From assembly GCA_001786765.1 (NCBI GenBank), contig MFTH01000013.1, forward strand, positions 19,974 to 83,973: a stretch of 64,000 nucleotides of DNA, in the 5' to 3' direction. This DNA comes from Candidatus Nomurabacteria bacterium RIFCSPHIGHO2_01_FULL_37_25 (GTDB lineage Bacteria > Patescibacteriota > Minisyncoccia > Phycocordibacterales > UBA9973). Within the stretch, counting starts at the first letter, position 1. Each line of letters begins with the position of its first letter. A program made the translations under genes and the position numbers. This document shows, in pieces, positions 7,655-17,969 of this stretch. The notes beneath the pieces were generated by a model. The model did no database searches. It was not told where the DNA came from and saw nothing but the letters and a program-made list of their open reading frames with translations.

Positions 7655-10450
7655 ATGCCAATGCTCGAAATAAAAAAAAGAAATGGGAATATTGTTCCTT
7701 TTGATGTAGAAAAAATTACTGCCGCAATGGGTAAAGCATTTATCGCATCAAATCAACCTCTCCCTAAGGATACACTGCTAGATATAACCAAAGATATTGT
7801 TCGAACTTTGGAAGACCAATTCCCTGAACAAGTTCCTTCTGTAGAACACGTGCAAGATCTTGTTGAACTCGCTCTTATGAAAGCTGGGTTTCTTGATGTC
7901 GCAAAGAATTACATTGTTTATCGTTATGAACACACTAAAATACGCGCCGAGAAGAAACAGGAATTCTTAGAAAAAGTAGAAACCAAAGGATTTGTCGTAC
8001 ATACCCGAGACGGAAGCAAAGAACTCTTTTCTGAAAAAAAAGTTCGCGAAACACTTGCGGTGTTTATAAAGGGATATGAATCTATAATAGATATTGATCT
8101 AGTCCTCACCCAACTTAAACATGATCTTTACGAAGGTATCACAACGGACGAAATATCACGATCGCTGACGCTTGTCATGCGCTCGATGATTGAACGCGAT
8201 CCAGCATATTCAAAAATTGCGGCGCGAATGCTTATGGACAGAATATATGCAGATGTCTTTGGTCATGGATACAATACTGCTCAACTTAAAGAAGAGCATT
8301 CAAAAATATTCGCGCGCAATATCAAAGATGCAGTTGCGCGCAATCTGCTTGATGCTCGGATGCTTGATTTTGATCTTATAAAACTTGGCAGTGCGTTACA
8401 ATTAGAAAATGATGATCTTTTTGAATACATGGGGCTTGAGATTCTCGCTTCTCGCTACTGTTTAGAAGATCTGGACGCAAAAAAACCGTTTGAAACTCCA
8501 CAGATGTTTTGGATGCGTATTGCTATGGGACTTTCACTCAATGAGCCTGAGAAAACAAAGATAAAAACAACCCTTGAGTTCTATGATGTGTTGTCGAATT
8601 TCTACTACACCCCTGGCGGTCGCACGCTCTTTCAATCAGGCGCGGTAAAAGCTCAACTCTCTAACTGCTTTTTGAATGTTGTGCCGGACTCGCTTGACTC
8701 TATATTCAAATCTTTTTCTGATAACGCGCAATACCTAAAATGGTCAGGCGGTACAGGAACAGCCTGGAGCAAAGTTCGAGCAACAGGGTCTTTCATTAAA
8801 GGTACAGGTGTGGGAAGCCAAGGGGTAGTTCCATTTCTCAAAATCGCAAATGACATCAATACCGCAATTAATCGTTCCGGCAAGCGACGTGGCGCTGGTT
8901 GCGTGTACCTAGAAACGTGGCATCTTGATATTGAAGATTTTCTTGAGCTTCGTAAAAATACAGGAGACGAGCGACGTCGAACTCACGACATAAACACCGC
9001 TAATTGGGTTCCGGACCTCTTTATGAAGCGTGTGCGCGAAGGGGGCGAATGGACGCTTTTCTCGCCTTCAGATACTCCCGATTTACCAGAACTTTATGGT
9101 AAAGCGTTTGAAGAACAATATAAAAAATATGAAGCAATGGTTGAGCGCGGAGAAATCAAACTCTACAAACGCATCTCTGCGGCTGACCTTTGGAAAAAAA
9201 TGCTAGCCATGTTGTTTGAAACTGGACATCCTTGGATTACCTGGAAAGACCCAAGCAATATCCGAAGTCCACAAGACCACGCAGGAGTAATTCATAATTC
9301 AAATCTCTGTACGGAAATAACCCTCAATACGAGCGAAGATGAAACCGCTGTTTGCACTATTGGATCATTGAACTTTGCAAAATTTGTTAACAACGGGAAA
9401 TTTGATACACATCTCATAAGTCGAGTGACAGAGACGGCAATGCGAATGCTCGATAATGTTATTGACCTAAACTATTATCCAACCGAAGATGCAAAACGCG
9501 GAAATATGCGCCATCGTCCGGTGGCTTTGGGTATCCGCGGTTATCATGATGCATTATACCTTCTCGGCATTCATTTTGATTCAGGAGAAGCGCTTGATTT
9601 TGCGGACGAAAGCATGGAAATCGTCGCATATAATGCCATACTTGCCTCAAGTAAACTCGCCAAAGAAAAAGGAACTTATGAAACATATAAAGGTTCTAAA
9701 TGGGATCGAAACATCTTTCCCCAAGACACCATTGCATTACTTGCGGAAGAACGCGGAGAAGAAGTGCCTCTTCCGAAGAGCGGAAAACTAGATTGGACTC
9801 CCGTGCGTGAACACGTTAAGAAATACGGCATGCGCAATTCAAATACAATGGCAATAGCTCCGACTGCTTCAACAGCGAATTTGGTCGGATGCATTCCATG
9901 TGTAGAACCAATCTACAAAAACATCTATGTGAAATCTAATAAAGAGGGCGATTTTGTGGTCGTAAATAAATATCTAGTTCAAGATTTGAAAACGCTAAAT
10001 CTTTGGAATGACGACATCTTAAATAAAATTAAATATGCTGATGGTAGTATTCAGGAAATTGCGGAGATTCCAACCGACTTGAAAAGAAAATACAAGGAAG
10101 TTTTTGAAATTGAGGGACGTTGGCTAATTGAAGCGGCCGCCAGAAGAGGCCGTTGGATGGATCAATCACAATCCCTTAATATTTTTTATTCTGGCAATTC
10201 AGGTCGTGAACTATCAGAGTTATATTTCCTTGCTTGGAAGTTGGGACTAAAAACAACATATTACCTGCGTACTCTAGGCGCTTCACAAGTCGAAAAAGCA
10301 AGTATCTCGACTGCAGAGTTCGGCGCAACCCATACAAGACAAAAAGTGGTTATCCCAACAGAATCTCCTAAATCAAAAATTGATCCAGCTTTTCTTGCTA
10401 AAGTCGCTATGGGAGAAACAGTCGGTATATGTGAATCGTGCGAAGGATAA
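7655..10450 (+). CDS. nrdA: Ribonucleotide reductase class Ia alpha subunit, two ATP-cones
   Basis: IKKRNG and VHTRDG cones, SNCF, SNLCTEI, APTAS, KTTYY, C-terminal CESCEG. Confidence 0.96.
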   Translation: MPMLEIKKRNGNIVPFDVEKITAAMGKAFIASNQPLPKDTLLDITKDIVRTLEDQFPEQVPSVEHVQDLVELALMKAGFLDVAKNYIVYRYEHTKIRAEKKQEFLEKVETKGFVVHTRDGSKELFSEKKVRETLAVFIKGYESIIDIDLVLTQLKHDLYEGITTDEISRSLTLVMRSMIERDPAYSKIAARMLMDRIYADVFGHGYNTAQLKEEHSKIFARNIKDAVARNLLDARMLDFDLIKLGSALQLENDDLFEYMGLEILASRYCLEDLDAKKPFETPQMFWMRIAMGLSLNEPEKTKIKTTLEFYDVLSNFYYTPGGRTLFQSGAVKAQLSNCFLNVVPDSLDSIFKSFSDNAQYLKWSGGTGTAWSKVRATGSFIKGTGVGSQGVVPFLKIANDINTAINRSGKRRGAGCVYLETWHLDIEDFLELRKNTGDERRRTHDINTANWVPDLFMKRVREGGEWTLFSPSDTPDLPELYGKAFEEQYKKYEAMVERGEIKLYKRISAADLWKKMLAMLFETGHPWITWKDPSNIRSPQDHAGVIHNSNLCTEITLNTSEDETAVCTIGSLNFAKFVNNGKFDTHLISRVTETAMRMLDNVIDLNYYPTEDAKRGNMRHRPVALGIRGYHDALYLLGIHFDSGEALDFADESMEIVAYNAILASSKLAKEKGTYETYKGSKWDRNIFPQDTIALLAEERGEEVPLPKSGKLDWTPVREHVKKYGMRNSNTMAIAPTASTANLVGCIPCVEPIYKNIYVKSNKEGDFVVVNKYLVQDLKTLNLWNDDILNKIKYADGSIQEIAEIPTDLKRKYKEVFEIEGRWLIEAAARRGRWMDQSQSLNIFYSGNSGRELSELYFLAWKLGLKTTYYLRTLGASQVEKASISTAEFGATHTRQKVVIPTESPKSKIDPAFLAKVAMGETVGICESCEG

Positions 10451-10461
10451 CAACAATAAAT

Positions 10462-11496
10462 ATGCCTATTACTAAAGGAGCAAAAGCAGTTGATATAAAC
10501 AAGCGCAAGATAATAAATGGCGACGATGCGGATGTCGTCCAGCTTTATCCTATGCGCCATACATTTGCCTGGGACGCTTATATGGTAGGAAATTCAAATC
10601 ATTGGCTCCCGACCGAAATTTCAATGCAACGCGATATCGAACAATGGAAGAGTCGTGATGTTTTAACAGACGACGAACGCAAAGCTTTTGAAACTGTTCT
10701 CGGTTTCTTTACAACTGCTGACTCTATCGCCGCAAATAATGTGGTGTTAGCTCTCTATAAACACATAACAAGTCCCGAGTGTCGCATGTATCTTTTACGC
10801 CAAGGATACGAAGAAGCAATCCATACGCATGCCTATCAATATATCGTTGAATCTTTGGGTATGGACGAAGCTCGTATCTTCAATATGTATCGTAATGTTG
10901 AAGCCATTTACAACAAAGATAACCTTGTGCTGAATCTCAATGAGGGTATATTTGACCCTATGTTCAAAACAGGCACCTTTGAAAATGATCAGAAATTTCT
11001 TGAGAACCTTTGTGTTTTCTCTCTCATCCTTGAAGGAATTTTCTTCTATTCTTCTTTTGCTGTTATGTTCGGTTTTCAACGTCAAAATAAACTGACAGGA
11101 AGCGCTGAACAAATTCAGTACATTATGCGCGACGAATCACAGCACCTTAATTTTGGCATCAATATGATTAATACCATTAAAAAAGAACAACCAGAATTAT
11201 GGACAAAAGAATTCGAACGTCGCATCATTGAACTTGTAAAGCGAGCTGTGGTGCTTGAATACACCTTTGCAACCGAAGTTTTTCCTAGAGGCATTTTTGG
11301 TATGAACGCAGAAGGCTTCAAAAAATACATAGAGCACATCGCTGACCGTCGTCTTGAAAGAGTGGGGCTTCCCCCTCAGTATAATGTTGAGAATCCTTTC
11401 CCATGGATGAGCGAAATGATAGACCTTAATAAAGAGAAAAATTTCTTTGAGACGCGCGTGACGGAATATAAAACAGGAGGAACTTTAGATTGGTAG
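10462..11496 (+). CDS. nrdB: Ribonucleotide reductase class Ia beta subunit
   Basis: FTTADS (Asp ligand), EEAIHTHAY (radical Tyr), EGIFFY, RDESQH, NFFETRVTEY. Confidence 0.96.
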   Translation: MPITKGAKAVDINKRKIINGDDADVVQLYPMRHTFAWDAYMVGNSNHWLPTEISMQRDIEQWKSRDVLTDDERKAFETVLGFFTTADSIAANNVVLALYKHITSPECRMYLLRQGYEEAIHTHAYQYIVESLGMDEARIFNMYRNVEAIYNKDNLVLNLNEGIFDPMFKTGTFENDQKFLENLCVFSLILEGIFFYSSFAVMFGFQRQNKLTGSAEQIQYIMRDESQHLNFGINMINTIKKEQPELWTKEFERRIIELVKRAVVLEYTFATEVFPRGIFGMNAEGFKKYIEHIADRRLERVGLPPQYNVENPFPWMSEMIDLNKEKNFFETRVTEYKTGGTLDW

Positions 11497-11500
11497 CGGA

Positions 11501-12154
11501 ATGAACATAAAAATTCTATACGAAGATCCTAATATTTTAGCCATAGATAAACTTTCAGGTATTTTGGCGCATCCTGATAAAAGGAGCGAGGAAAAAACTA
11601 TTTTTGATTTGTTTGTAAAAAAATATCCTAAATTAGAAATAGTACATCGTTTAGACAGAGACACATCCGGCGTAATGCTTCTGGCCAAAAATAAAAAAGC
11701 TCACGAGTTTTTAAAAAAACAATTCTCTAGCAGAGAAATAAAAAAAATCTATCATGCTATAGTTTCCGGGTCTATAAAAAATGACCACGGAATAATAAAC
11801 AAACCGATTGGACGCAGTCCAACGGATTTTCGTCGCAGACTAGCTGGCAGAGGGGCAAGAGGAGAATTACGCGAAGCAATTACTGAATATAAAGTTTTGA
11901 AACATTTTAAAAATTTTAGTTATCTGGAGATAAAACCTAAAACAGGCCGAACTCACCAAATCCGTGTGCATATGAAGTACATAAATCATCCCATTATCTG
12001 CGACTTACTATATAATCCCAGCGGTCTTTGTCCAAAAGATATTTCGCGTATGGCGCTTCACGCCAAGTCCATAGAGTTTAAAAACTTAAAAAACAAAACC
12101 ACAAAAGTAGAATCGCCGCTACCTAAAGAATTCAAAAAGATGCTAAAATCATAG
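11501..12154 (+). CDS. RluA/RluD-family pseudouridine synthase
   Basis: HRLDRDTSG, TGRTHQIRVH, LHA. Confidence 0.95.
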   Translation: MNIKILYEDPNILAIDKLSGILAHPDKRSEEKTIFDLFVKKYPKLEIVHRLDRDTSGVMLLAKNKKAHEFLKKQFSSREIKKIYHAIVSGSIKNDHGIINKPIGRSPTDFRRRLAGRGARGELREAITEYKVLKHFKNFSYLEIKPKTGRTHQIRVHMKYINHPIICDLLYNPSGLCPKDISRMALHAKSIEFKNLKNKTTKVESPLPKEFKKMLKS

Positions 12155-12155
12155 A

Positions 12156-13859
12156 ATGAAGCCAGAGACTAAAAATTGCCAAAACTGTAAAAAGGATTTT
12201 ACTATTGAGCCAGAAGATTTTAATTTTTATGAAAAAATAAAAGTTCCCCCACCCTCTTGGTGTCCAGAGTGTAGAATGATTCGACGGTTTGCAGCAGTGA
12301 ACACTCTTTGTCTATTTTATCGAAATTGTGATAAGTGCAACAAACGCACCCTTTCAATGATTTCTCCGGAAGAAAAAATAAAAGTATTTTGTCAGCCATG
12401 CTGGTGGGCGGATGATTGGGATGGTAGTGAATATGAAATGGAATATGATCCGACGCGTACATTTCTTTCTCAATTAAAAGAACTCTCACTCAAAACTCCT
12501 TATCCGGCTTTGGAATCATCGTATTTAACCCTAAAAAATTGTGATTATTGCAATGCTCTGGCTTACTCCAAAGATTGTTCTTTGATTTTCTGGGCAGATT
12601 ATTGCGAATCAGTTTTTTATTCTTCTATTTTGAATGGATTAAAATGGAGCGCTGACTGTCTAAGAGGATGGAAATCTGAATTATGTTACGAATCGACAGG
12701 ATTTATCCGTAGTTATCGGACTTTCTTTTCTGAGGATTTTGATGATTGTGTAGATGTATGGTTTTCTCGTAATTGTTACGGTTGTATAAATTGTGTGGGG
12801 TGTGTTAATCTAAGAGGCGCTAAATATCAGATTTTTAATGTTCAGTATTCTAAAGAAGAATATGCAAAAAAACTTAAAGAATTTGGTTTTGACTCATGGA
12901 AAAAACTTAAAGAATTTGATAAAAAGGCGCGTGAATTTTGGTTGACTAAGCCGTATCGTGAATTTCACGGCAATGCGTTTAACTTGAATGTTACGGGCGA
13001 GCATATCTATGTTTCTAAAAATTCTAAAGAATGTTTTATTTTAAATGGCGCTGAAAATTGTAAATGGTGTCAGTTAGTAACCGTGGATGGTTCCAAGGAT
13101 TGTATGGATTATTCTGGCTGGGGGCACAATGCTGAACTTATCTATGAATCTGCCAGTGTTGGGGAAGGAGTCAGTAATGTAAAATTCTCCGCGCTTTGTT
13201 TTCCAGACGTAGCTAATTCTGAATACTGTATATTTAGTATCGCCGGAAAATATAATTTTGGTTGCGCAAATTTAAAACGCAAAAAATATTCTATTTTAAA
13301 CAAACAATATAGCAAAGAAGACTATGAAATTTTGCGGGAAAAAATAATTATGGATATGAAAAAGAACCCATATGTAGATAACCTTGGCCGAGTTTGGTCT
13401 TATGGAGAATTTCCGCAAATAATTTTTGGAATATTTCCTTATAATAAGTCCAATGCTATGCGATTTTTCCCTAAAACAAAAGAACAAGCCTTGAGTGAGG
13501 GTTACAGATGGGATGATGCGGAAAATCCTATTTATCCAATCACGATAAAATCCACAAATTTACCTGACACAATACAGGAAACCAATGATTTAATTTTAAA
13601 TGAAGTAATAGAATGTATGACTTGTGCTAGGTCCTTTAGAATAATCAAGGGTGAATTAGAAGTACTGCGCAAGATGGGTTTGCCAGTACCACATGAATGC
13701 CCAAAATGCAGAGAAAATAGAAGATTTGAGCGGATGAATGGGCCGGGTATGTATCATCGCCAGTGCGCTAAATGTAATTTATCTATTTATACCCCATATG
13801 ATTCCAAGCGACCTGAAATTGTGTATTGCGTAAAATGCTATCAGCAAGAATTTATCTAA
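12156..13859 (+). CDS. Large cysteine-rich zinc-ribbon protein of the type common in CPR genomes
   Basis: CQNC, CPEC, CDKC, CQPC...CMTC, CPKC, CAKC, CVKC plus central short Cys-rich repeats. Confidence 0.75.
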   Translation: MKPETKNCQNCKKDFTIEPEDFNFYEKIKVPPPSWCPECRMIRRFAAVNTLCLFYRNCDKCNKRTLSMISPEEKIKVFCQPCWWADDWDGSEYEMEYDPTRTFLSQLKELSLKTPYPALESSYLTLKNCDYCNALAYSKDCSLIFWADYCESVFYSSILNGLKWSADCLRGWKSELCYESTGFIRSYRTFFSEDFDDCVDVWFSRNCYGCINCVGCVNLRGAKYQIFNVQYSKEEYAKKLKEFGFDSWKKLKEFDKKAREFWLTKPYREFHGNAFNLNVTGEHIYVSKNSKECFILNGAENCKWCQLVTVDGSKDCMDYSGWGHNAELIYESASVGEGVSNVKFSALCFPDVANSEYCIFSIAGKYNFGCANLKRKKYSILNKQYSKEDYEILREKIIMDMKKNPYVDNLGRVWSYGEFPQIIFGIFPYNKSNAMRFFPKTKEQALSEGYRWDDAENPIYPITIKSTNLPDTIQETNDLILNEVIECMTCARSFRIIKGELEVLRKMGLPVPHECPKCRENRRFERMNGPGMYHRQCAKCNLSIYTPYDSKRPEIVYCVKCYQQEFI

Positions 13860-13901
13860 TTGCCTTTATGGGGCTTTTATGTTAAAGTACTTTTTACTAA
13901 C

Positions 13902-14354
13902 ATGAATATAAAAACAACTAATATAAAATTTAGTCCAGTAGATATGGAGGCTCGTAAAAAACTTGATTTCAAATCTGGAGATACAGTCTTCGTTTGGTCA
14001 AAAATTTTAGAAGAAAAAAATGAACAAAAGGGCAAAAAGAAAAATGATTCTAAAAAAAATGAAGCTGGTAAATTCAGACTGCAGGCTTTTGAGGGTATCG
14101 TACTTGCGAGAAAGCATGGGAGAGAGATAGGAGCCACTTTTACTGTAAGGAAAATAGCTTCTGGTGTTGGAGTTGAAAGAATTTTTCCGCTTTATTCTCC
14201 AATGATAGATAAAATTGAAATAACTAAAAGGTCTCGCGCTCGCAGATCAAAACTTTATTATATTCGCGCAAAAGCAGTCAAAGATGTTCGCAATAAAATG
14301 CGTTCTTTCACTAACCAAGAAGAGAAGGTGGACGAAAACTCTCCTCAAGCGTAA
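13902..14354 (+). CDS. rplS: 50S ribosomal protein L19
   Basis: FKSGDTV, RLQAFEGIV, FTVRKIASGVGVERIFPLYSP, RRSKLYYIR. Confidence 0.97.
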   Translation: MNIKTTNIKFSPVDMEARKKLDFKSGDTVFVWSKILEEKNEQKGKKKNDSKKNEAGKFRLQAFEGIVLARKHGREIGATFTVRKIASGVGVERIFPLYSPMIDKIEITKRSRARRSKLYYIRAKAVKDVRNKMRSFTNQEEKVDENSPQA

Positions 14355-14404
14355 TTTTGCGAAAAGTTATGCTTACAAAGAACTTTAATATATAATTTTA
14401 GTAT

Positions 14405-14488
14405 GCGCGGGTGGCGAAACTGGTAGACGCACTACCTTGAGGTGGTAACGCTCGCAAGGGCATGGAGGTTCAAATCCTCTCCCGCGCA
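14405..14488 (+). tRNA. tRNA-Leu(GAG)
   Basis: GCGCGGG...CCCGCGC-A; loop TT-GAG-GT; long variable arm; followed by CCT. Confidence 0.93.
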
Positions 14489-14650
14489 CCTATTTTCAAA
14501 ATTGCTGATGTCGCGCGTAGCGTGGCAAAACTGAAATTTAACCGCCAATCCTATTAAGAGTTGTCCCTGCCCTCCCAGCGCGCGGACAACATCTTGCGTT
14601 GGACAAGACTTTAGGTTGACACTTTTTTTTATTAATATACACTTGCTTTT

Positions 14651-14977
14651 ATGAAGCTCGGCATCATCTTACAATCCAACAAACCCGAACACGCGTGGAA
14701 TACGTTCCGCCTCGGAATTACCGCGCTCAAAGCTAATCACCAAGTCGAAATCTTTTTGATGAGCGAAGGGTCAGAACTGGATACCGTTCCGGACACTAAA
14801 GATTTTGATATCGCGGCAAAAGTCGCCGAGTTCAAGACCTTGAAAGGCGCGATATACGCGTGTGGCTCTTGTCTTAAAGTTCGTGGTAAAGAAGAAAGCA
14901 AAATTTGTCCCATTTCCACAATGTCCGACTTGCTCAAAATGGTCGAGAATTCGGATAAGGTTTTAGTATTTGGCTAA
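14651..14977 (+). CDS. DsrE/DsrF-like family protein
   Basis: WNTFRLG, VEIFLMSEG, ACGSCLKVRG, CPISTMSDL..SDKVLVF. Confidence 0.85.
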   Translation: MKLGIILQSNKPEHAWNTFRLGITALKANHQVEIFLMSEGSELDTVPDTKDFDIAAKVAEFKTLKGAIYACGSCLKVRGKEESKICPISTMSDLLKMVENSDKVLVFG

Positions 14978-14989
14978 ATAAAAAACACT

Positions 14990-15730
14990 ATGAAAAAACT
15001 TATTTTCACAATTCTTGCGACAATCATAATCGGTTCGTTTGCCACAACCGCAAACGCGCAAATGATGGGCGCCCGCCTGCCGGACGGGCAGGGATTTTCT
15101 AATTCTTCGGCGGATTGGGACGCAGTCGTTGAACACACGCTCCGCGAAGAACAAGAAGGCAAAGAGCTTTGGAGTAAACTGCAATCCAAAGAAGTCGTCT
15201 GTGCCGATTTAAATGATGAGCAATATGGAGTGCTTGGCGAGTATTTTATGGGTCAGATGTCGGGCGATTCTCACGCCGCCATGAACGCCATGATGATTCA
15301 AACACACGGTGAAGATGGCGAGGAACAAATCCATATCGTTATGGGCAAGCGACTCTCCGGATGTGAAACCTCGGCGACATTCCCTGCCGGAAGTGACGGC
15401 TGGATGCCGATGATGAACATGATGTGGGGAGGATGGTCTGCCTCGGCTACGCCTTGGCAAGACGGGTCGTCTCCTCTTGATAGCAATAACTCAATAAACA
15501 ATATGATGAATTTTGGATTCGGGCCATTTGGCTCTTTCGGCTGGATTTTTATGATTTTCTGGTGGGTCTTGATTATCGCGGGCATTGTCGCGCTTATCAA
15601 ATGGCTCACGAGCCAATCACACGACACGCACAATCACGAAAAATCCGCGCTTGATGTTCTAAAAGAACGATACGCCAAAGGCGAGATAGACAAGAAGGAA
15701 TTTGAGGATAAGAAAAAGGATTTGAGTTAA
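14990..15730 (+). CDS. Met/His-rich exported membrane protein with C-terminal SHOCT domain
   Basis: Signal peptide, HAAMNAMM, TM helix, ALDVLKERYAKGEIDKKEFEDKKKDL. Confidence 0.8.
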   Translation: MKKLIFTILATIIIGSFATTANAQMMGARLPDGQGFSNSSADWDAVVEHTLREEQEGKELWSKLQSKEVVCADLNDEQYGVLGEYFMGQMSGDSHAAMNAMMIQTHGEDGEEQIHIVMGKRLSGCETSATFPAGSDGWMPMMNMMWGGWSASATPWQDGSSPLDSNNSINNMMNFGFGPFGSFGWIFMIFWWVLIIAGIVALIKWLTSQSHDTHNHEKSALDVLKERYAKGEIDKKEFEDKKKDLS

Positions 15731-16035
15731 GGAATAATGCCGCCGCAAAAAATCCCGTCCGTCCTTTTAATTTTGATTGCTGAATTTTTGTGGTTTGTGA
15801 TTTTCCTTGTCATTTACTTCGCGCTCTTTCAATCGGGATTGACTTCCAACTTTTTTGGTGGTGAGGTAGTGTATTAAATTTTTCGGTGTGCTAACTTTGT
15901 TGAGTGAATTTCGGCAATTTTAAAAATAGGTTGTGAGCTTAGTAAAATATAGGCCTCTAGAGCTAACTTTATTTAAAAAAAATAATTGCGAAAATACATA
16001 TTTTCAGCTATGATTTAGGGCACATACCGAGAATT

Positions 16036-16110
16036 GCCCTTGTAGTTCAATGGATAGAACGAAGCTCTTCTAAGGCTTTGATGTAGGTCCGATTCCTACC
16101 AGGGGCACCA
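16036..16110 (+). tRNA. tRNA-Arg(TCT), CCA encoded, atypical T-loop TCCGATT
   Basis: GCCCTTG...CAGGGGC-A-CCA; loop CT-TCT-AA. Confidence 0.9.
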
Positions 16111-16201
16111 AAATCTGACTTTCGGAAAATTGTAAATTACGTGTATTACACTACTCAAGCGAAGTCAAGCGAAAGTTAACTGGGAAATAACTAATAGCCT
16201 T

Positions 16202-16873
16202 CTACGGACTATAGTAAACTCGTATTTCTGCAATTTTTGCATTAGCATTGAAGTCTGATACTTTAATTTCTTTATTATGAAAATTTTTCTTAGAATCTAA
16301 AAGATCTTCTCTTTTCAAGAAAAATTGCGGGGTTGGTGCATTTATTGCTGTGTTAAGTATGAACTTTTCACCTTCTTCAGCCGTATACCAAAGCCTATAT
16401 TGAGGATATGCTTTTATAAAATCGGAGATAGTAGAGCCAACAGCAATACTTTTGTCAGTCCTAAATTCTGATGATTGTACTTTGATATCACCAATTTTAC
16501 CCAAACCCCAAACATTGAAAGTTAATAACTGTTTATCATTTTTGGAAACTACATAAATTTTTTGTGGGTGACCCTCAGGGTATATAGTTTTCTCTGTCAA
16601 TAAATATCCCTCTATTGAAAACGAATCCTGACTGGGTATTGGAGCATCGATTTTAAATACCCCTACCTGATCACGAGAGATATATCTCAAGATTTGAGCC
16701 GTTTCCTGTTTTGTAGTCACAGCTTGATCTTGTAAATCCTGAATTTGAATCTCTAATTTTTTCTGTTGTTGTTTATCTTGATAAACAACATACCCTCCGC
16801 CAACTACCCCTATACCTAAAACTACTAAAAGAATAATGACTAAAGGGGTGAAACCTTGATGTTGATATTTCAT
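16202..16873 (-). CDS. Hypothetical protein with prepilin-like N-terminus
   Basis: QG|FTPLVIILLVVLGIGVVGGGY, then coiled coil and globular domain. Confidence 0.6.
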   Translation of the reverse strand: MKYQHQGFTPLVIILLVVLGIGVVGGGYVVYQDKQQQKKLEIQIQDLQDQAVTTKQETAQILRYISRDQVGVFKIDAPIPSQDSFSIEGYLLTEKTIYPEGHPQKIYVVSKNDKQLLTFNVWGLGKIGDIKVQSSEFRTDKSIAVGSTISDFIKAYPQYRLWYTAEEGEKFILNTAINAPTPQFFLKREDLLDSKKNFHNKEIKVSDFNANAKIAEIRVYYSP

Positions 16874-16955
16874 ATGTTAATAACTATACAACAAAAGAAA
16901 AAAGTTATCTACTCCTTTTTTAAACTTCGCGCAAATGCTATAATAACACCAACAA

Positions 16956-17969
16956 ATGAAAAAGAATTTTCTGATTCCAATAATAATTCTTATTAATCTA
17001 ACTGGGTTATTAGTGTTGGCAGTATTTAAAAGTCCAGATCTACTATCCTCCCTGTTCGTTTACTACGCTCATCGATTGTCCGGAAGCGAATTAGTAGGCA
17101 TTAACTGGTATTTTCTAGCCCAATGGTACTACATACGTTTAACTTTTTTCGTGTCAACCACTGTTTCAGTTTTAATTTTTCTTAATGCTTCTCGTAGGAT
17201 ATCAATTACTCCTCCCATATCGTCTTTATTTGTGGCGGTATTTCTTTTTGTTGCCGTCATAGGAAGTTTTTTTATTCCAGCATTGTGTTCAGAAGGCGGA
17301 TGTGTAGATTTGGGTGGGATATTTATGCTTATTTTTTATGCAGCCTTTCAAATCTCCTTAGCTTTTCTCATTGCCAAGTCAATGCAAACTAATGTTGGAT
17401 TCTTCATGAACGCCACATTGCTGATTGTAAGTTTATTGCTTTTTACATTTTCTTTTTACACGACTACAAACTGTGGATATTCTGCGTCTACACAAGATAA
17501 TTGTCACGCCATGATCGCTTATCAATTTATTCAGATGGATGAGTGCAACAAGATTCTTGATTCTTCAGCGAAGCAATCTTGTATTAATCATGTGAACGAT
17601 CGAACCGAACTCATGAACAAATCTATTGCTTGGAAAGATCATCCTTTAGAGACTATCAACAATCGTATTAATGAATGTCAGACCCTCCCTTGGGAAAGAA
17701 GAATCACAAGTGCATTTCATGGTGGGATTATGGACGGGTGCTACGAAAGTATTACTTCAGATATAGGCTCATACCTTGGGACACCACATTATATTCCTTG
17801 TACCACAAAATCTCTTCGTCCCCAAGAAGAGAACGACTTTTTGCAGTGTCTCCGGGTATTTGGGAAAAAAGATTTTATGAACGAAACAAATGGAGAAGAT
17901 TTATATCGTCGTACTTGTCAAGAACTGAAAGGTGCTCAGAAAGAAAACTGTTTGAGGATTGCCATGTAA
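16956..17969 (+). CDS. Hypothetical multi-TM protein with Cys-rich external domain
   Basis: About 5 hydrophobic segments; paired Cys (ECNKI..KQSC; TCQEL..KENC). Confidence 0.6.
   Translation: MKKNFLIPIIILINLTGLLVLAVFKSPDLLSSLFVYYAHRLSGSELVGINWYFLAQWYYIRLTFFVSTTVSVLIFLNASRRISITPPISSLFVAVFLFVAVIGSFFIPALCSEGGCVDLGGIFMLIFYAAFQISLAFLIAKSMQTNVGFFMNATLLIVSLLLFTFSFYTTTNCGYSASTQDNCHAMIAYQFIQMDECNKILDSSAKQSCINHVNDRTELMNKSIAWKDHPLETINNRINECQTLPWERRITSAFHGGIMDGCYESITSDIGSYLGTPHYIPCTTKSLRPQEENDFLQCLRVFGKKDFMNETNGEDLYRRTCQELKGAQKENCLRIAM

Noticed and set aside
10462-11496. Class Ic (Mn/Fe) NrdB
   Set aside because: Asp ligand (TADS) and radical Tyr (HTHAY) are retained.
14974-15633. Antisense ORFs over the SHOCT gene, and the many other shadow ORFs in the track
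   Set aside because: They lie opposite or out of frame to well-supported genes and show no recognisable motifs.
16155-16172. Short direct repeats TCAAGCGAA x2 (and AAGCGACCAT x2 near 17976/18039) as att sites
   Set aside because: Too short, unrelated to the tRNA 3' ends, and no integrase nearby.
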